In this document: in pieces, positions 61,351-61,747 of the stretch
How positions within the stretch are numbered: the first letter of the stretch is position 1
Layout: each line of letters starts with the position of its first letter
From: Octopus bimaculoides
Lineage: Eukaryota
DNA length: 61,747 bases
NCBI RefSeq assembly: GCF_001194135.2
Contig: NC_068984.1
Coordinates: forward strand, 101,959,905 to 102,021,651
Direction of reading: 5' to 3'
Position numbers and translations under genes: made by a program
Notes under the pieces: model-generated
Seen by the model: the letters and a program-made list of their open reading frames with translations, nothing else
What the model was told of the DNA's origin: nothing
Database searches by the model: none

Positions 61351-61480
61351 CTAGCAGAAACACCCGGCGTTGCCCGGGTTAAAGAGAATAATGAAATCTA
61401 AAAACGCTGTCTAGACTACGCAACCCTCAACTGTTAGTAGCTACGATACCATATTTCTACATTAATAACTCTCCAATCCA
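61351..61480 (-). mobile_element. Helitron 3' end
   Basis: Minus strand CCCGGGCAACGCCGGG hairpin followed by TGTTTCTGCTAG|T. Confidence 0.7.
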
Positions 61481-61747
61481 TGCCAGCATGGAACATAGAT
61501 ATTAAGTGGAATGCTAGAAGAAAGTTTTCACCTCATATGTATATAAAGTAAATACACGTAATTCAGAAACACGTTTTTGTGTATCTTATTTCGTAACCAA
61601 ACAAACAGGTACAGATTATAAATAAAGAAAGGCCAATTTTGGTGGTTCATTTGACAGAGCTAGTAGAGAGACAATGCGATGATAAATCTGAGGTTGGATC
61701 TTGAAAGTTTGGATGAATGCTGCCTCAGTTAAATCTCTTGTGGTTCC

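Overview
AT-rich, repeat-dense eukaryotic genomic DNA with six assembly gaps. The repeat families and gene structure point to a coleoid cephalopod, probably Octopus (inference). Two spliced protein-coding genes lie tail-to-tail. MRPL42 is on the + strand (6 coding exons, 7699-22835, 138 aa). GAS8/DRC4 is on the - strand (10 coding exons, 54114-31150, 484 aa, all introns phase 0, RFX X-box promoter). There is one intact tRNA-Ala(AGC) gene. The rest is transposon-derived: two decayed Gypsy pol regions, R4/Dong-like REL LINE pieces, RTE LINE remnants, a mariner remnant, non-autonomous Helitrons, hAT, piggyBac and mariner MITEs, and many SINEs. The most notable unexplained signals are: (1) a complete type I hammerhead ribozyme motif in MRPL42 intron 2, plus several degenerate ones; (2) a candidate recursive-splice/poison exon in MRPL42 intron 1; (3) an 86-bp near-perfect intronic hairpin in GAS8; (4) a decayed 23-codon STPR-like repeat. 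All folds, alignments and family names were made by eye; no database search was run. Repeat boundaries are approximate unless a target-site duplication (TSD) or terminal inverted repeat (TIR) is quoted.
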